A DNA stretch of 63,222 nucleotides, the filler included, from Chiloscyllium plagiosum (lineage: Eukaryota), in the NCBI RefSeq assembly GCF_004010195.1. It is 4 parts of one record of this genome, joined end to end, with 100 filler letters (N's around TTAATTAATTAA, not from the genome) between each part and the next. Parts side by side here need not be neighbours in the genome. Positions count along the whole stretch, not along the records: positions 1 to 25,402 come from NC_057717.1; 3 more parts are not named here. One strand, written 5' to 3'. The position numbers and the translations under genes were made by a program. The notes under the pieces were generated by a model, which worked only from the letters and a program-made list of their open reading frames with translations, did not search any database and was not told the DNA's origin. Of the stretch, positions 1-12,989 are shown one piece after another (positions within the stretch are counted from its first letter, which is position 1; each line of letters begins with the position of its first letter).

Positions 1-1645
1 CAACTTCCCACTACTATCCTTGGCTGGACCTATTCCTACCCTAGTCATTCTTTTATTCCTGACATACCTATAGAAAGCCTCAGGGTTTTCCCTAATCCTA
101 CCAACTAAGGACCTTTCATGTCCCCTCCTTGCTGCTCTTAGCTCTCACTTCAGGTCCTTCCTGGCTACCTTATAATTCCCAATCGCACCAAGTGAACCTT
201 CACGCCTCATCTTTACATAGGTCGCCCTCTGCCCTTTAACAAGGGATTCCAATTCCTTATTAAACCACGGCTCCCTCACACGACCCTTTCCTCCCTGCCT
301 GACGGGTACATACTTATCAAGGACACTCAATAGTTGTTCCTTGAACAAGCTCCACATATCAATCTCGCCCTTGCCTTGAAGCTTACTTTGCCAAGCCACA
401 CATCCTAAGTCATGTCTCACCGCATCATAATTTCCCTGCCCCCAGCTATAACTCTTGCCCTGTAGTGCACACTTATCCCTCTCCATCACTAGAGTAAAAG
501 TCACCGAATTGTGGTCACTGTCCCCAAAGTGCTCACCTACCTCTAATTCTAACACCTGGCCTGGTTCATTACCCAGAATCAAATCCAGTATGGCCTCACC
601 TCTTGTTGGCCTATCTACATATTGTGCCAGGAAACTCTCCTGCACACATTGGACAAACACTGTCCCATCTAACGAACTTGAGCTCTAGCTTTCCCAATCA
701 ATATCAGGAAAGTTAAAGTCCCCCATAAAAACCACCCTATTACTTTCACTCTTCTCTTGAATCATCCTCGCAATCCTTTCTTCTACGTTTCTAGGACTAT
801 TAGGAGGCCTGTAAAAAACTCCTAACAGCGTGAGCTCACCTTTCCTATTCCTAACCTCAGCCCAAACTACCTCAGATGGCGAGTCTTCATTCATCGTCCT
901 TTCCACAGCTGTTAACCTATCTTTGACAAGCAATGCCACACCTCCCCCTCTTTTACCCCCACCTCTGACCCTACTACAACATTTAAACCCTGGAAACTGC
1001 AACAGCCAATCCTGTCCCTGTTCTACCCATGTCTCCGTAATATCCACAACATCTAAGTCCCAGGTACCAACCCACGCTGCAAGTTCATATACCTTATTTC
1101 GTATACTTCTTGCATTGAAGTATACACACTTCAAGCCACTTTCCTGTTTACAGGCACCCTCCTTGGAAATTGATGCCATGTTACTAACCTCCCTACATTC
1201 CAGGTCCTGCACCCTAAAGCTACAGTCTGGGTTCCCATGCCCCTGCAGAGTTAGTTTAAACCCTCCCCAAGAGCACTAACAAACCTCCCCCCAAGGCTAC
1301 TGGTGCCCCTCAGGTTCAGGTGTAGACCATCCTGTTTATAGAGGTCCCACCGTCCCCAGAAAGAACCCCAGTTATCCAAAAACCGGAACCCCTCCCTCCT
1401 GCATCATCCCTGTAGCCACGCATTTAAGTGTTCTCTTTCCCTATTCCTCGACTCTCTATCACGTGGCACGGGTAACAAACCAGAGACAACAACTCTGTTC
1501 GTTCTAACTTTGAGCTTCCAACCTAGCTCCCTGAAAGCCTGCCTAACATCCTCAGCGCTCCTCCTACCTATGTCATTGGTGCCAATGTGGACCACGACTT
1601 CGGGCTGCTCCCCCTCCCCCTTGACGACCCGGAAAACACGAGCTG
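1..1645 (-). mobile_element. CR1-type LINE fragment: 3' part of SGNH-esterase ORF1 plus APE endonuclease of ORF2 (runs off the window edge)
   Basis: ORF 1404-1661 has VVVHIGTNDIG...VVVSGLLPVP (esterase ORF1). ORFs 685-1212 and 145-660 have YFNARS, ITETW, GGGVALLVK, FYRPP, MGDFN, PTRGEAILDL and SDHN (APE motifs). One in-frame stop near 685. Confidence 0.95.
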
Positions 1646-1828
1646 CCCAATTCATGAACAAAACTGTTACTCTGGGAATGAATGAATATTTGTTGAATTG
1701 TATTTTCTCTTTTAATAAATGTATGCATCAAATGCAACTTTCCAGAAATAAACAGACAGCTCCACATGCAATGAGTTTCTGCTGATTAATTCCCTGTTCA
1801 GTGTGTCGAGCGGACAGCTCGAAGTAAT

Positions 1829-1957
1829 GGAGAAAGTGAGAACTGAAGGTCCTGGGGATCAGAATCGAAACGTGTGGCGCTGGTAAAGAACAGCCAGTGG
1901 GGCAGCATCTTAGGAACAGGAGAGTCAAAGCTTTGGGTATCAGCCCTTCATCAGGAA
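1829..1957 (-). mobile_element. Degenerate solo PLE terminal repeat (hammerhead family 1)
   Basis: Reverse complement reads ttcCTGATGAagggctgatacccaaagctttgactctcctgttcctaagatgctgcc, colinear with 46624-46749. The GAAA core is mutated. Confidence 0.75.
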
Positions 1958-2129
1958 GGAATTGGTACCTTCCCATGCTTTCCATTTCACGGTTGACAGG
2001 ATATTGTGAACCATACGTGTCCCAGAAGGCATCACTGTATATAGTCCTGAAATGGAAAGTAGTCAATCATTTGTTTGGACAGAGAGTAGACATTTTGAGG
2101 TGAAGTACAGATTGAATTCAAGTACAAAC

Positions 2130-3315
2130 ACAAGAATTGATAAATCCCTTGGGCCAAACGGACAAAACCCGAGGTTACTACAGGAAGACAGGGAAGAGAT
2201 TCCTGCGCCCTTGGCGATGATCTTTACATTCTCACTGTCGAGTGGATTAGTGCCAGATGATTGGAGGGCGGTAAATGTTACTCCTTGTTCAAGGAAGGTA
2301 ATAGGTATTATCCTGAGAATTACAGACCGGTCAGTCTTACATCAGTATTGGGCAAAGTATTGGGGGGGTTTCTGAGAGACAGAACTTATGATTACTTGGA
2401 AAATCATAGATTGATTAGAAATAGTCAGCATGGCTTTGTGAGGGGCAGGTCATGCCTCACAAAACTTATTAAAAACTTTGAGGATGGGATCAAACACATT
2501 GAAGATCGTGGAGCAATGGATGTGGAGTGCATGGATTTTAACAAGGCGTTTGATGATATTCCCCAAGGCAGGTTCATTCAGAAAGGAAGGAGGGATGGGA
2601 TACAGGGAAACCTGTCTGTCTGGATACAGAACTGGCTGGCACACAGAAGACACAAAGTGGTGGTAAATGGGAAATATTCAGTCTGGAGCTCAGTGATGAG
2701 TGGTGTTCGGTTGGGATCATTTCTGGGACCTCTGCTGTTTGTGATTTTACAACTGACTTAGATGAGGAAGTGGAAGTGTAGGTTAGTAAGTCTGTCGATG
2801 TAACAAATATTGTTGAAGTTGTCGGATTGTGCGGAGAGCTGTTGTAGTTTACAATGAGACATTGACAAGGTGCAGAACGGGGCTGATAAGTGGCAGATGG
2901 AGTTCAATCTGGAAATGTGTGAAGCAATTTAATTTGGAAGGTCGAATTTGAATGCAGAAAAAAGGCAGTATTCTTGCATTGTGGAGGAACAGGGTGATCT
3001 TGTGCTCCATGTCATAGCTCCCTCAGCGTTGCCACCCAGTTTGATAAGATTGTTAAGAAGACGTATGATGTTTAAGAGTTTAAGAGCTGTGAGGCTATGC
3101 TGCAGCTCTATGGAACCCTGGTGAGATCACACTTTGAATATTGTGATCCGTTCTGGTCGCCTCATTGTAGGAACGATGTGGAAACTTTAATGAGGGTGCT
3201 GAGGAGATTTATCAGGTTGCTCACAAAGAAGAGTTCAGGGCTTTTCTCATTGGAGCAAAGAAGGATGAGAGATGAATTGATAGATGTGTACAAAATGATG
3301 AGAGGCAAAGATAGA
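2130..3315 (+). mobile_element. CR1 LINE ORF2 RT region, 5'-truncated and frameshifted
   Basis: NYRPVSLTS, QHGFVRGRSCLT, MDFNKAFD, SGVRLGSFLGPLLF, LYGTLVRSHFEYC. Confidence 0.95.
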
Positions 3316-3769
3316 CATTTATTGGACACGGTTCTAGAGGTTTCTTTACGAAACACAATGTGCTGCAGAATACTGTCAACTTGTTAACGTCTTCGCCCAG
3401 TGTCTGGTCGAGGTATCAGATGCTTGGAGTCTGGGAGGCAGGCCAGATGCCATGGCCATAAGTAACTTGTGCGATGTGATTCTGACACTCCATGTACATT
3501 CATCTGTCCCCGGGCAAGGCTCAGACCGAAGATGGAGTCGAAATAATTTGTTGTGAACTAATGATTGAATGACTGCCCTGACCCAGGTGGAAACTCTCTG
3601 GATTCATTTAAGAGCAGAACAATGTCTTACCCAGTATCACAGGCAGCCTTGACCGAATTCCAATCTTTCAAAATCTTTTTTCAATGTAGGTTATGATTGC
3701 AAGCTTATCTGAAAAAATCAGATATTTGCTATGTTTGTAAATTGTGATATACTCAAACATATAAATAGA

Positions 3770-3905
3770 AAGCAGGAAGTTTCAGCATTGGTTCGCATGA
3801 GGCCCACTGAAGATGGTTAAAAATCTGGAAATGAACCTCCCAGCTAAACGAGCAAGCCTACATCTAAAAACTCAACCTGAGCTACAAATATTCTCAAAAC
3901 TCGCT
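3770..3905 (+). mobile_element. Degenerate PLE terminal-repeat-like fragment (hammerhead core partly deleted)
   Basis: caCTGAAGAtgg...cccagctaaacgagcaagcctaca resembles the minus-strand element at 7950-8105 (caCTGAGGAtgt...cccagctcagcgaacagaaccaca). Confidence 0.45.
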
Positions 3906-5118
3906 ACAATTACATACTCATTGTCAGTATTCAAAATAATACATCGTTGCTGCAACATTTGGAAAGTCGTTGGCTTCTGAATTATTGTATTTTTAGAATG
4001 AGAAAACGATTCTAAAGAAAGTCCAGAATCACATTAATTAACTGAACTCTACGGTTTCTATCTGGTGTAGGTCGTCACACACATATTGTACTGATACTCA
4101 GGTGACTGTAAGAATCTGACCTTCAAAACGATTGAACCATCATATAGAAATGGCGTTCTTACAAATTTATATATAATCAATCAGATTGATTTCTCACTAA
4201 ATGTGCAAGGTTCAGTCCTTTACCAACAATTGAAAGATGACAATAATTCAACATGAACAGAAAGTATTAGTTTGAATAAATTATTTGTGCTATTAAATTG
4301 AAGTGAACAATAATTTGAAACCTTGCAATTTTTAGAATGAATGGTAATTAATGTCTATTGTGAAAACGAACGATGAACATGCATCCGTGTGATTGAAGTC
4401 AGACGTTTTCAAAGGGTTTTGTGGCAAAGAAAAGGAAATATTTGTTTTATTTATAGGGATACATGATTTAAAATATTCGTGTGCTGTGTACTAATTAGAC
4501 TTCATCATCAAGCTGACCTTCAAATATTTGCATTTTATGTGGTTATGCTGCAGCAAAATGATCAGACATTTGCCAACATTTATCACTGGAAATAATCTGA
4601 TACTGGCTTTGACTTGCATCTGTACATGACAGAGTACAGAACTTTAATGTACACAAGGAGGCTATTGGGCCACAGTGTATGCATCAGCTTGTGGAGTGTC
4701 TCCCAAAACCTCCCATTTGCCACCTCTATCAATGTTGCTCTTTAATTTCGGAACTTTCAAAGATATCTCCAGTTCCCTCTTGAATCTTCATGCACAAATC
4801 TCCCAGGCAGCGCATTCCAAATGCTAACAACTCTCTCAATAAATAACTTTTGCCTAATCTCACTCAGAGGTCTTCAGCCGACGATCTTGAAATTGGAATC
4901 TCTAATGCCAGCTAACAGAAACGGAGTATTCTTATTTTACCCTGTTTTTTCATAATTTTGATCACTGCAATAAGTTCACACCTTCGTCTGTTCTGATCAA
5001 TAAGGAGCAATTTCATTACTCTAATTTCTCGCATACTACCTTTAACTAATTTCTTCATTCCAATTATCATTCTGATTATTTATAAGGTTACAGGTATTCT
5101 TCTCCAAAGTAATGAAGG

Positions 5119-5125
5119 GTGTGTT

Positions 5126-5166
<41 letters not shown>

Positions 5167-5172
5167 AAGAAA
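5119..5172. repeat. Compound (GT)n(GA)n microsatellite
   Basis: Direct reading of the sequence. Confidence 0.95.
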
Positions 5173-5199
5173 ACAATTCTCTGTAATGTCTGAATTACA

Positions 5200-6600
5200 C
5201 CCAGTGCCTCGTGTAAAAGGAGTAATGATTAGGTAACGATTAACATATGTTAAAAGAGCCAGCTCAGGAATGAGAGTTTCAGATTTCTGGATCATTGGGC
5301 CCTTCCAGGACTGGTGGGGGCTTTAAGAAATGGGCAGATTGCATCTTAACTGGACGAGCACCAACATCCTGGTGTGGAGGTTTTCTAGTGCAAATTGGGT
5401 GGATTTAAACTAATAAACCAGGAGGCTGGGAAACAAAGCAGCAGGTCAGGAATTGAGCAGAAGGTAGAGTTGAGTAGGACATCAGGCACGGCCAGTCTCT
5501 TGACCATGCTGCGAGAAGGAATCAAATCTGTCCAAAATGTGAGTTGGAGGTTGGAATAAATGATAGAGATATTTATCAGAGATTAACAAATGAAGATGGA
5601 ATGTATGGGGGACGTGAGGGAGTGAGGTGTGTGAAATCAGGAATCTCGTACTCAAGAAAACATTAAAGTGGAAAAACCAATCAAAAGAAGTTATTTAAAA
5701 ACCTTCGGCCGAAAAGCACACAGCATTTTGAATAAAATTGATGAGCTGTCAGTAGATACAGAGATAAATGGGTATGACCTGGTAAGGATGATTTAAACAT
5801 GGTTACAGGAAGATCAGTACTGGACAGTGAACTCGGGTACTCGGTATTCCGAAATGATAGACATGAAGGTAAAGGAGGTGGAATTGATGTATTGGTTAAG
5901 AAGGATATCAAGGCTTTATTCAGAAATGATATTGGCAATGGGAACAAAATGAAAATCAGTCCAGGTGCAAATAAAAAGCAACTGAAGAAACCTCTTTGGA
6001 AGAGTAATTTTCAGCCACCGTCTCCCCAAAGTAAATCTGAGAGCGGAAATAATGAGGGCTCGTGACAAGTTAACAACGGTGGGATGAAAGTGCATATTGA
6101 ATCAATTAATCAACTTGGCAATGGGTAGGCTCCAAGTACAAATCGTAGAGTATATGAAGGATTGTTTCTGAGAACACATGTCATGGAGCCACCCAGAGAG
6201 CAGGGTACTTTAGATTTGATATAAGGAAGGAATGAAAAACGATCTTGCAGTTAAGGATCCTCTTGGAAAGAATGACCGCAACATACTGTAGTTTCAAATT
6301 CAGATTGAAAGAGTGAAAACAGAGTTACATACGAGAGCCTTAGTGTTGGGTAATAATACTTCCAGTGGCCTAAGGAAGGTGTTGGTGGGGGGTGGGAACA
6401 GTCAAAGGCAGGACGGATGAAGAAATTTGGCAAATACTTAAGGGGATACTAAATACCTCTCAATTAAAGTATATTTGTGAGAGAAGAGGAATTGCATGAC
6501 AGAGAAAAATGATCCATGTCTAGATAAGGAATTGAATGACAGCATGAGGGAAATAACTAGGGAAACTCATACTGCACAAGTTCGTCACACACCGCGGAAT
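5200..6600 (+). mobile_element. Old degenerate CR1 (ORF1 end + endonuclease)
   Basis: GYSVFRNDRHEGKGGGIDVLVK (5799-6065), remnants of EPTRE..LDL and NDH motifs; many stops. Confidence 0.75.
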
Positions 6601-6604
6601 TGGG

Positions 6605-6935
6605 TGAGGCAGTGGCCTAGTGCATTATAGCTGAACTGTTCATCGAGAGACACAGATAATGCCATGGCAGATGGTGGAATTTGGATACAAATTTGGGATT
6701 AACAAACTGATGGTGAACATGAATAGATTGTCAGGAGAAGCTCACCTGTTTCACTACTGTCCTGTGGGGAAGGAAACTGCCATCCTTACCTGGTCTGACC
6801 GATAGGTGACTCCAGACCCACCGCAATGTAGATAACTCCTAACTGCCCTCTGGGAAATCAAGGATGGGTAATAAATGCCAGCCTACGTAGCAATGCCCTC
6901 TTCCTGTGAATTAATGAAAACAAACAAAAAAAATC
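6605..6935 (+). mobile_element. SINE, probably tRNA-derived, with a LINE-type 3' tail
   Basis: A-box-like TGGCCTAGTG head. Tail gggtaataaatgccagcctacgtagcaatgccc...tgaat resembles the LINE tails near 53165, 57230 and 61505. Related copy near 18310-18600. Confidence 0.6.
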
Positions 6936-7164
6936 AGCAAAGGGTTAACACACAACATTAAAAGAAGCTATGACAGGAAATTAACGGAAACATATTTACT
7001 GATACCAGTAGCTTTCATTAGTACATAAAAAAGAAGCGAAGAGTGACACTAAGTGATGGCTCTTTGCAACTGACAAGGTAACGATGAAAAACTCAAAAAT
7101 GGCATCGGCACAAAATCAATGCTTTCTGTTTTCAAAGACTACGCCATAAACTGTAGTTCGGACA

Positions 7165-7835
7165 GAGGAACCTGTTGGGATTACTGCTGTTTGTCATTTT
7201 TATAAATTACCTAGATGAGGCATAAAAAAGATGTGCTAGTAACTTTAATGATGATACTAAAGTTGGTGAAGTGTGGATAGTGCTGAAGGATGTTGCAGGT
7301 TACAGAGGGACTTAGATAAGCTGCAGAGCTGCGCTAAGAGGTGGCAACTTGAGTTTAATGTGCAAGAGTGTGAGGTGATTCACTTTGGAAGGAGCAAAAT
7401 GAATAAAGAGTACTGGGACAATGGTAAGATTCTTGGCAGTGTCGATGAGCAGAGAGATCTCGTGTCAATGTACGCAGATCACTGAAAGATGCCAATCTGG
7501 TTAATAGGCTTGTTAAGAAGGCGTACAGTATGTTAGCTTTTATTGGAAGAGGGATAGAATTTTGGAGCCATACGATCATACTGCAGGTGCACAAAACTCT
7601 GGTGTGGCCGCACTTGGAGCTCTGCGTATATTTTCGCTTGCTGCATTACAGGAAGGACGTGGAAGGTTTGGAAAGGGTTCAAAGGAGATTTACGACGGTG
7701 TTGCCTGATTTGGAGGGAAGGTCCTATAAGGAAAGTCTGAGGTAGTTGACGCTGTTTTCATTCGAGAGAAGAAGTTTGAGAGGTGTCTGAATTGATCTAT
7801 ATAAGATAATCAGAGGGTTAGATAAGGTGGACAGT
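7165..7835 (+). mobile_element. CR1 ORF2 C-terminal RT fragment
   Basis: DDTK motif, LQRDLDKLQSCAKRWQLEFN, KTLVWPHLE, LERVQRRFT. Confidence 0.9.
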
Positions 7836-7949
7836 GTTATGAATTTTTATGTGTACTATACCTTCAAGAGAGTTGAAAGGCTGGACAAGGGTTTAACAAT
7901 TGCACAGAGTACTGGAAAAATTAAAAATGCAATATTTGGTCAAACAGCT

Positions 7950-8105
7950 AGCAGTATCTGGGTTGTTGTGGTTCTGTTCGCTGAGCTGGGAATTTGTGTT
8001 GCCCACGTTTCGTCCCCTGTCTTGGTGACATCCTCAGTGCTTGGGAGCCCCCTGTGAAGCGCATCTGTGATGTTTCCTCCGGCATTTTTCGTGGTTTGTC
8101 TCTGC
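7950..8105 (-). mobile_element. PLE terminal repeat, hammerhead family 3 (probably inactive copy)
   Basis: 8040->8001 reads GCA CTGAGGA T GTCACC AAGACA GGGGAC GAAAC GTG GGC. The core is intact but the cleavage triplet is GUG. Confidence 0.7.
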
Positions 8106-8745
8106 CGTAATCAGGATTTTTTGATCGGACTATTATTATAGAGGTGGAGGTATCAGTGTGCATATCAGTCTATTGGTACGTAAAAACGGCGAACTTGCAA
8201 AATTCTGGGCAATACCATGATAACCTTTGGAAAGGTAAGGTGCTTNNNNNNNNNNNNNNNNNNNNNNNNNNNNNNNNNNNNNNNNNNNNNNNNNNNNNNN
8301 NNNNNNNNNNNNNNNNNNNNNNNNNNNNNNNNNNNNNNNNNNNNNNNNNNNNNNNNNNNNNNNNNNNNNNNNNNNNNNNNNNNNNNNNNNNNNNNNNNNN
8401 NNNNNNNNNNNNNNNNNNNNNNNNNNNNNNNNNNNNNNNNNNNNNNNNNNNNNNNNNNNNNNNNNNNNNNNNNNNNNNNNNNNNNNNNNNNNNNNNNNNN
8501 NNNNNNNNNNNNNNNNNNNNNNNNNNNNNNNNNNNNNNNNNNNNNNNNNNNNNNNNNNNNNNNNNNNNNNNNNNNNNNNNNNNNNNNNNNNNNNNNNNNN
8601 NNNNNNNNNNNNNNNNNNNNNNNNNNNNNNNNNNNNNNNNNNNNNNNNNNNNNNNNNNNNNNNNNNNNNNNNNNNNNNNNNNNNNNNNNNNNNNNNNNNN
8701 NNNNNNNNNNNNNNNNNNNNNNNNNNNNNNNNNNNNNNNNNNNNN

Positions 8746-9230
8746 AGCACAATATTCCAAGTGTGGTCTAGCCAAGGCGCGATAGATCTGCAGCATAACC
8801 TCGCGTCTCTTAAACTGAATCCCCTGCTAATCAAAACTAAAGTACTATATATATTCTTAACAACTCCATCGCAATTTGGGTAGCAAACGTAAGGGATCTT
8901 TGGACATGGACCCCAAGATCCATCTGTTCCTCCACACTGCCAACAATCCTGCCTTTAACACTGTATTCTGCATTCATATTCGAGCTTGCAAAGTGAATTA
9001 CTTCACACTTTTCCAGGTTGAACTCTATCTGCCACTTCTCAGCCCAGTTCTGCGTTCTGTGAATGCCCCATTGCAACCGACAACAGCCCTTCACACTATG
9101 TACCACTCCACAAACCTTCGTGTCATCGGCAAACTTACTAACCCACCCTTCCGCTTCTTCATCCAAGTCATTAATAAAAATCACAACAAGCAGCGGTCCC
9201 ACAACCGATCCCTGCAGGACACCACTGCTC
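8746..9230 (-). mobile_element. CR1 ORF2 RT fragment
   Basis: SGVLQGSVVGPLLVVIFINDL...KFADDTK...WAEKWQIEFN; YRALARPHLEYC. Confidence 0.92.
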
Positions 9231-12200
9231 CTTTTCAGTGATCTAGCTCCCTTAACTCTCTGTGTAAGAAAATTCCAGACAATCACGTCCTTCGGTTTGA
9301 AGAAATCTCTCTTTACTTCTACACCATGACCTATTGATATGAACAAAAGAGGGAACACAAGGGCTCAGGTAAGAGAGACCTGCCCTGTACTCAAGGCAGT
9401 ATTGGTCTGAGGATGGCATCAAGGAGCCTGAGCAAAATCACAAAAATCAATTGTGATCTCTACACTGCTCGGAGTTATTCACAGCACAAGGGAAGGTGAT
9501 TATTATCGGTGGGCATCAATCATCTTAGCCATAGCGTATCTCTGCAGGAGATTCTATGGGTATCTCTCTCAGCCCAGGCATCTGTAGTTGGCCAGCGGGG
9601 AATCCCTGCAGTGTGGAGGCAGGCCATTCAATCCATTGAGTTCACACCGATCCGAAGTGGGGATATTCACTGAAGACTACACAATGTTCAGAAAAAAGAT
9701 TCAGCACTCATATTCTGAAGCCATCGTTGTCCAAGTGCGACAAGATGCAGACAACATTCAAAGTTGTGCTGTTAAAGTCTGGGTAAGATTCACGTAACAG
9801 ACAAAACGCATTTCCCTAGACAAAGAAAAAGCTCATTCAGTACCTCAATCTGTGTTCACAAGAATATGGGGAAGTCATTCAGCCCATCAAAACTACTGGG
9901 CAAGAAAAGGTATAGCCCAATCAGTCCCTCCTGCCTATTCCATAGGAAGACAAGGAGACCACTCACTCCCATGCATCATTTACATGGGGTCCGAAAGAGA
10001 CCATTTCAAATCTGGAGCCATTTACAAAGCTACAGGAAGTGGTCATTCAGCTTCTTCGGTCACTGACACAGGAAGAGGAAGGTGTCAAAGATGCTCCAAT
10101 GGTGCATTGGCTGCACATATAGACTGCTCTAACTTGTTCCACATTGCTACATTACTCATAGTACATATGGGTTATTTTAAAATGGTTTTCTGGCGGTGGG
10201 AGTGAAGACAACATTTTTACCCATTCACCAACGTGTTGTCCATTCCAAGAAGTTAGATCCATGGTCTCTATGGAGGTCAGAAGCTGGTGGGGAATGGCAA
10301 ACTGTTTCAGAATGAAGGTATTGCAGCTGCTGACAATGTAGCATTCAGTGCAGTGTCATACAGAAACTGTACAGTAAAGTTCATTCAGAGTCTTTACTTA
10401 TCTGTCAATATACATGGGGCATTGCATAGGGACGGAAACTACCGGGAAACAAGCATCCAATGAGAAGGATGGAATCTTCACCCTATTCAGTTGATTGGGA
10501 CATAAAGAGTGTCCATCCATAATCATCAAGTTTCAACTTCTTATTCCCTCACAGTGCTACATATTACACACAAGTTTCTTCAATTTCTCCTCATGGTAAC
10601 ACCATGCTAGGGTTCAGTCTGGTGAAATCCCTTCGGACTGCATCACTCACAAGATCATTATTTATAAAGTATTTCCAACCTGTACACAATACGCTAAATA
10701 GTCTTGAAACATAACAATACGATTGGGAAAGATACATTTACTCAGGTACTTTAATCATTTTTGCAAGAAGAGCCACATATCATTTACTTCTTGCTGATTA
10801 AACATTCTGTCAGTCATTTATGACCAAGAACATCCAGGTCTGTTTCAACAACAGCACTTCGCAACCTCTAAGTATTTAATGAACGTAAATGTGAATGATG
10901 ATATTTGTTGTTCCCATCTGAAACATTTTATTTCTTCTGATCCTTCAGATACCCCAAAGTCTTCACTCTAGATAAAAACACAACTCTCTTCATTCTCTCG
11001 ATTATCCAACTTTTAAGACATTCAGTTTATTCCACCCCTACCTACCCATGGGCTCGAACATTCTCTACTCACTGTATTTAACCATGTCAACGTCTGCTGA
11101 AAATGCAAATACTCCAATTCCATTGATTCTCAATTGTCGATGTCACAACGCACAACCTCCACAAAATCCAGCAGGTTTATCAAAGATCATTTCCATTCCC
11201 TGAATTTAGATTGACTCTACCAAATTATGTCATTATTTTCCAAGTGTCTAGTTCTCACATTCCTCACAAAAGTTTCCAATGTTTTTTTTCACAGCTGATA
11301 CCAAGCTAACTACAATTTAGCTTTCTGTTTGACCTCTCCGTCGTATTTTAAATACTTTGATTTACAATAGCTGCTTTCCAGTCTGCAGGATCCTTTCCAG
11401 AATCAAACCAGCTTTGAAGAAGAATCAGTAATTCTATTATTTGCTCTAGTGCCACCTCCTCACGACTCTGGGATGTAGCTCATCTGATGCAGCAACATAC
11501 CGACCTTCAATTCAATGAGATTTTCAAAGACACACCTTTTATTAATTCCAATTTCCTGCTGTTCCTCATTTTAATCAGTCACTCTTTTCCTAGTGATTCT
11601 CGAAGTTTGTTTCTGTACCTTCCTCAGGGAGATGGACTCAATATATTGCTCTCAGCAGGCAGGTGACTTCTGTCAGCCAGTGAATACATCGGAGGACTGC
11701 ACTTCGGTGATGATGGATATGTTACTCACTCCTGTCTGGAAAGTTCCAGAATTAATCCAGTTAAATTCATGGTGAGCATCAGCACAGTCCTGTCACTGGT
11801 GTGAGGCTAAATGGTACACTGAAGGAGGGGACACAGCTCAGAGACCACCTCAATTTTGAAACAAACTGGTTTCATACTTTACACCTGGTCCAGCTGAGAC
11901 AAAAGTCCCGGGAAATCCCAGGGAAGATAGTGCACAGTCCTGCTCCACCCTATTTATAGAGCTTCCCTTCTGTGGAGCCTCATGTCCATTTGTTTGCCAT
12001 GGAACCAGACTCTCTGTAAATGCAGTGTACAGAGTGGGGTCACCAGACCCAGCAGCTGACAATACAAACCTGAGATAAACATCCACAGAAACTCCACTGA
12101 TTTTCCAATGACAGGAGCAAGTCAATTTCCCACACGGAAGGTGCACACGTTCAGCATTGAAATCTATTTCCTCTTCTGAGTTTCTCTTCCTGGCTGAGTA

Positions 12201-12739
12201 AGCCGTTGCATCCCCGTATAGTCCCACAGTAACAGTTTCTCTCTCCATAGAAGCAGTTGACAGTGCAACATTACCTTTCTCTGTATCTCAGCAACTATAA
12301 GGGCAGCACCAGTATTGCCAATGGATTTGATCATCACACTCATTGAAGAGAGATGGAGGGAACCTAACTCACTTTAAACAGGGACATATCTAAATGGACG
12401 TGATATTCAGGAATATGGGAAATGGGGAAATGTGAGAATAACTTGCAATTTTGTTTTCCTTTCAGTTCATCATCAGCAATCCCTTTGCTCACTTTTCATT
12501 TCTTTTCCTCTCTTTTTCTGGCCATTTCTCTCTCGATTCTATTTAAACCTAGCTCCCACCTCTCTCTCCAACCCAACCATCCCTGATTCCAGGATAAATA
12601 ATATTATTTCCCAGTTTGCTTTCAGTTGTGAAGCAGGGTAACTGGACTCAAACCGTTATATGCGTTTCTCCTGACAGAGGCTGCCATACCTGCTTAGATT
12701 CTCCAACACTTTCAGACGCCGGAGAGTTTTACATTTTCT

Positions 12740-12985
12740 TTTAGATTAGATTACATTACAGTGTGGAAACAGGCCCTTCGGCCCAACAAGTACCCATCGA
12801 CCCGCCGAAGCGTAACCCACCCATACCCCTACATTTACCCCTTACCTAACACTACGGGCAATTTAGCATGGCCAATTCACCTGACCTGCACATCTTTGGA
12901 CTGTGGGAGGAAACCGGAGCACCCGGAGGAAACCCACGCAGACACGGGGAGAAGGTGCAAACTCCACACAGTCAGTCGACTGAGG
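12740..12985 (-). mobile_element. HE1-like V-SINE, 5'-truncated, (TCTAA)n tail
   Basis: V-domain (rc) gtgtggagtttgcaccttctccccgtgtctgcgtgggtttcctccgggtgctccggtttcctcccaca; CR1-like tail gggccgaagggcctgtttcc. Confidence 0.9.
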
Positions 12986-12989
12986 TAGG

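Noticed and set aside
8136..8834. Long ORFs spanning N runs (also near 14.6-15.5, 19.6, 24.2, 36.9, 41.6, 52.1 and 62.2 kb)
   Set aside because: Their length comes only from Ns being translated as X.
10550..10577. V(D)J recombination-signal-like CACAGTG + spacer (also 4671-4710)
   Set aside because: The nonamer is poor or mis-spaced, and there is no adjacent V (YYC), D or J (WGxG/FGxG) segment.
11850..12248. 132-aa minus-strand ORF as a gene
   Set aside because: No recognisable domain, and the length is compatible with chance. Kept only as part of the candidate-exon block.
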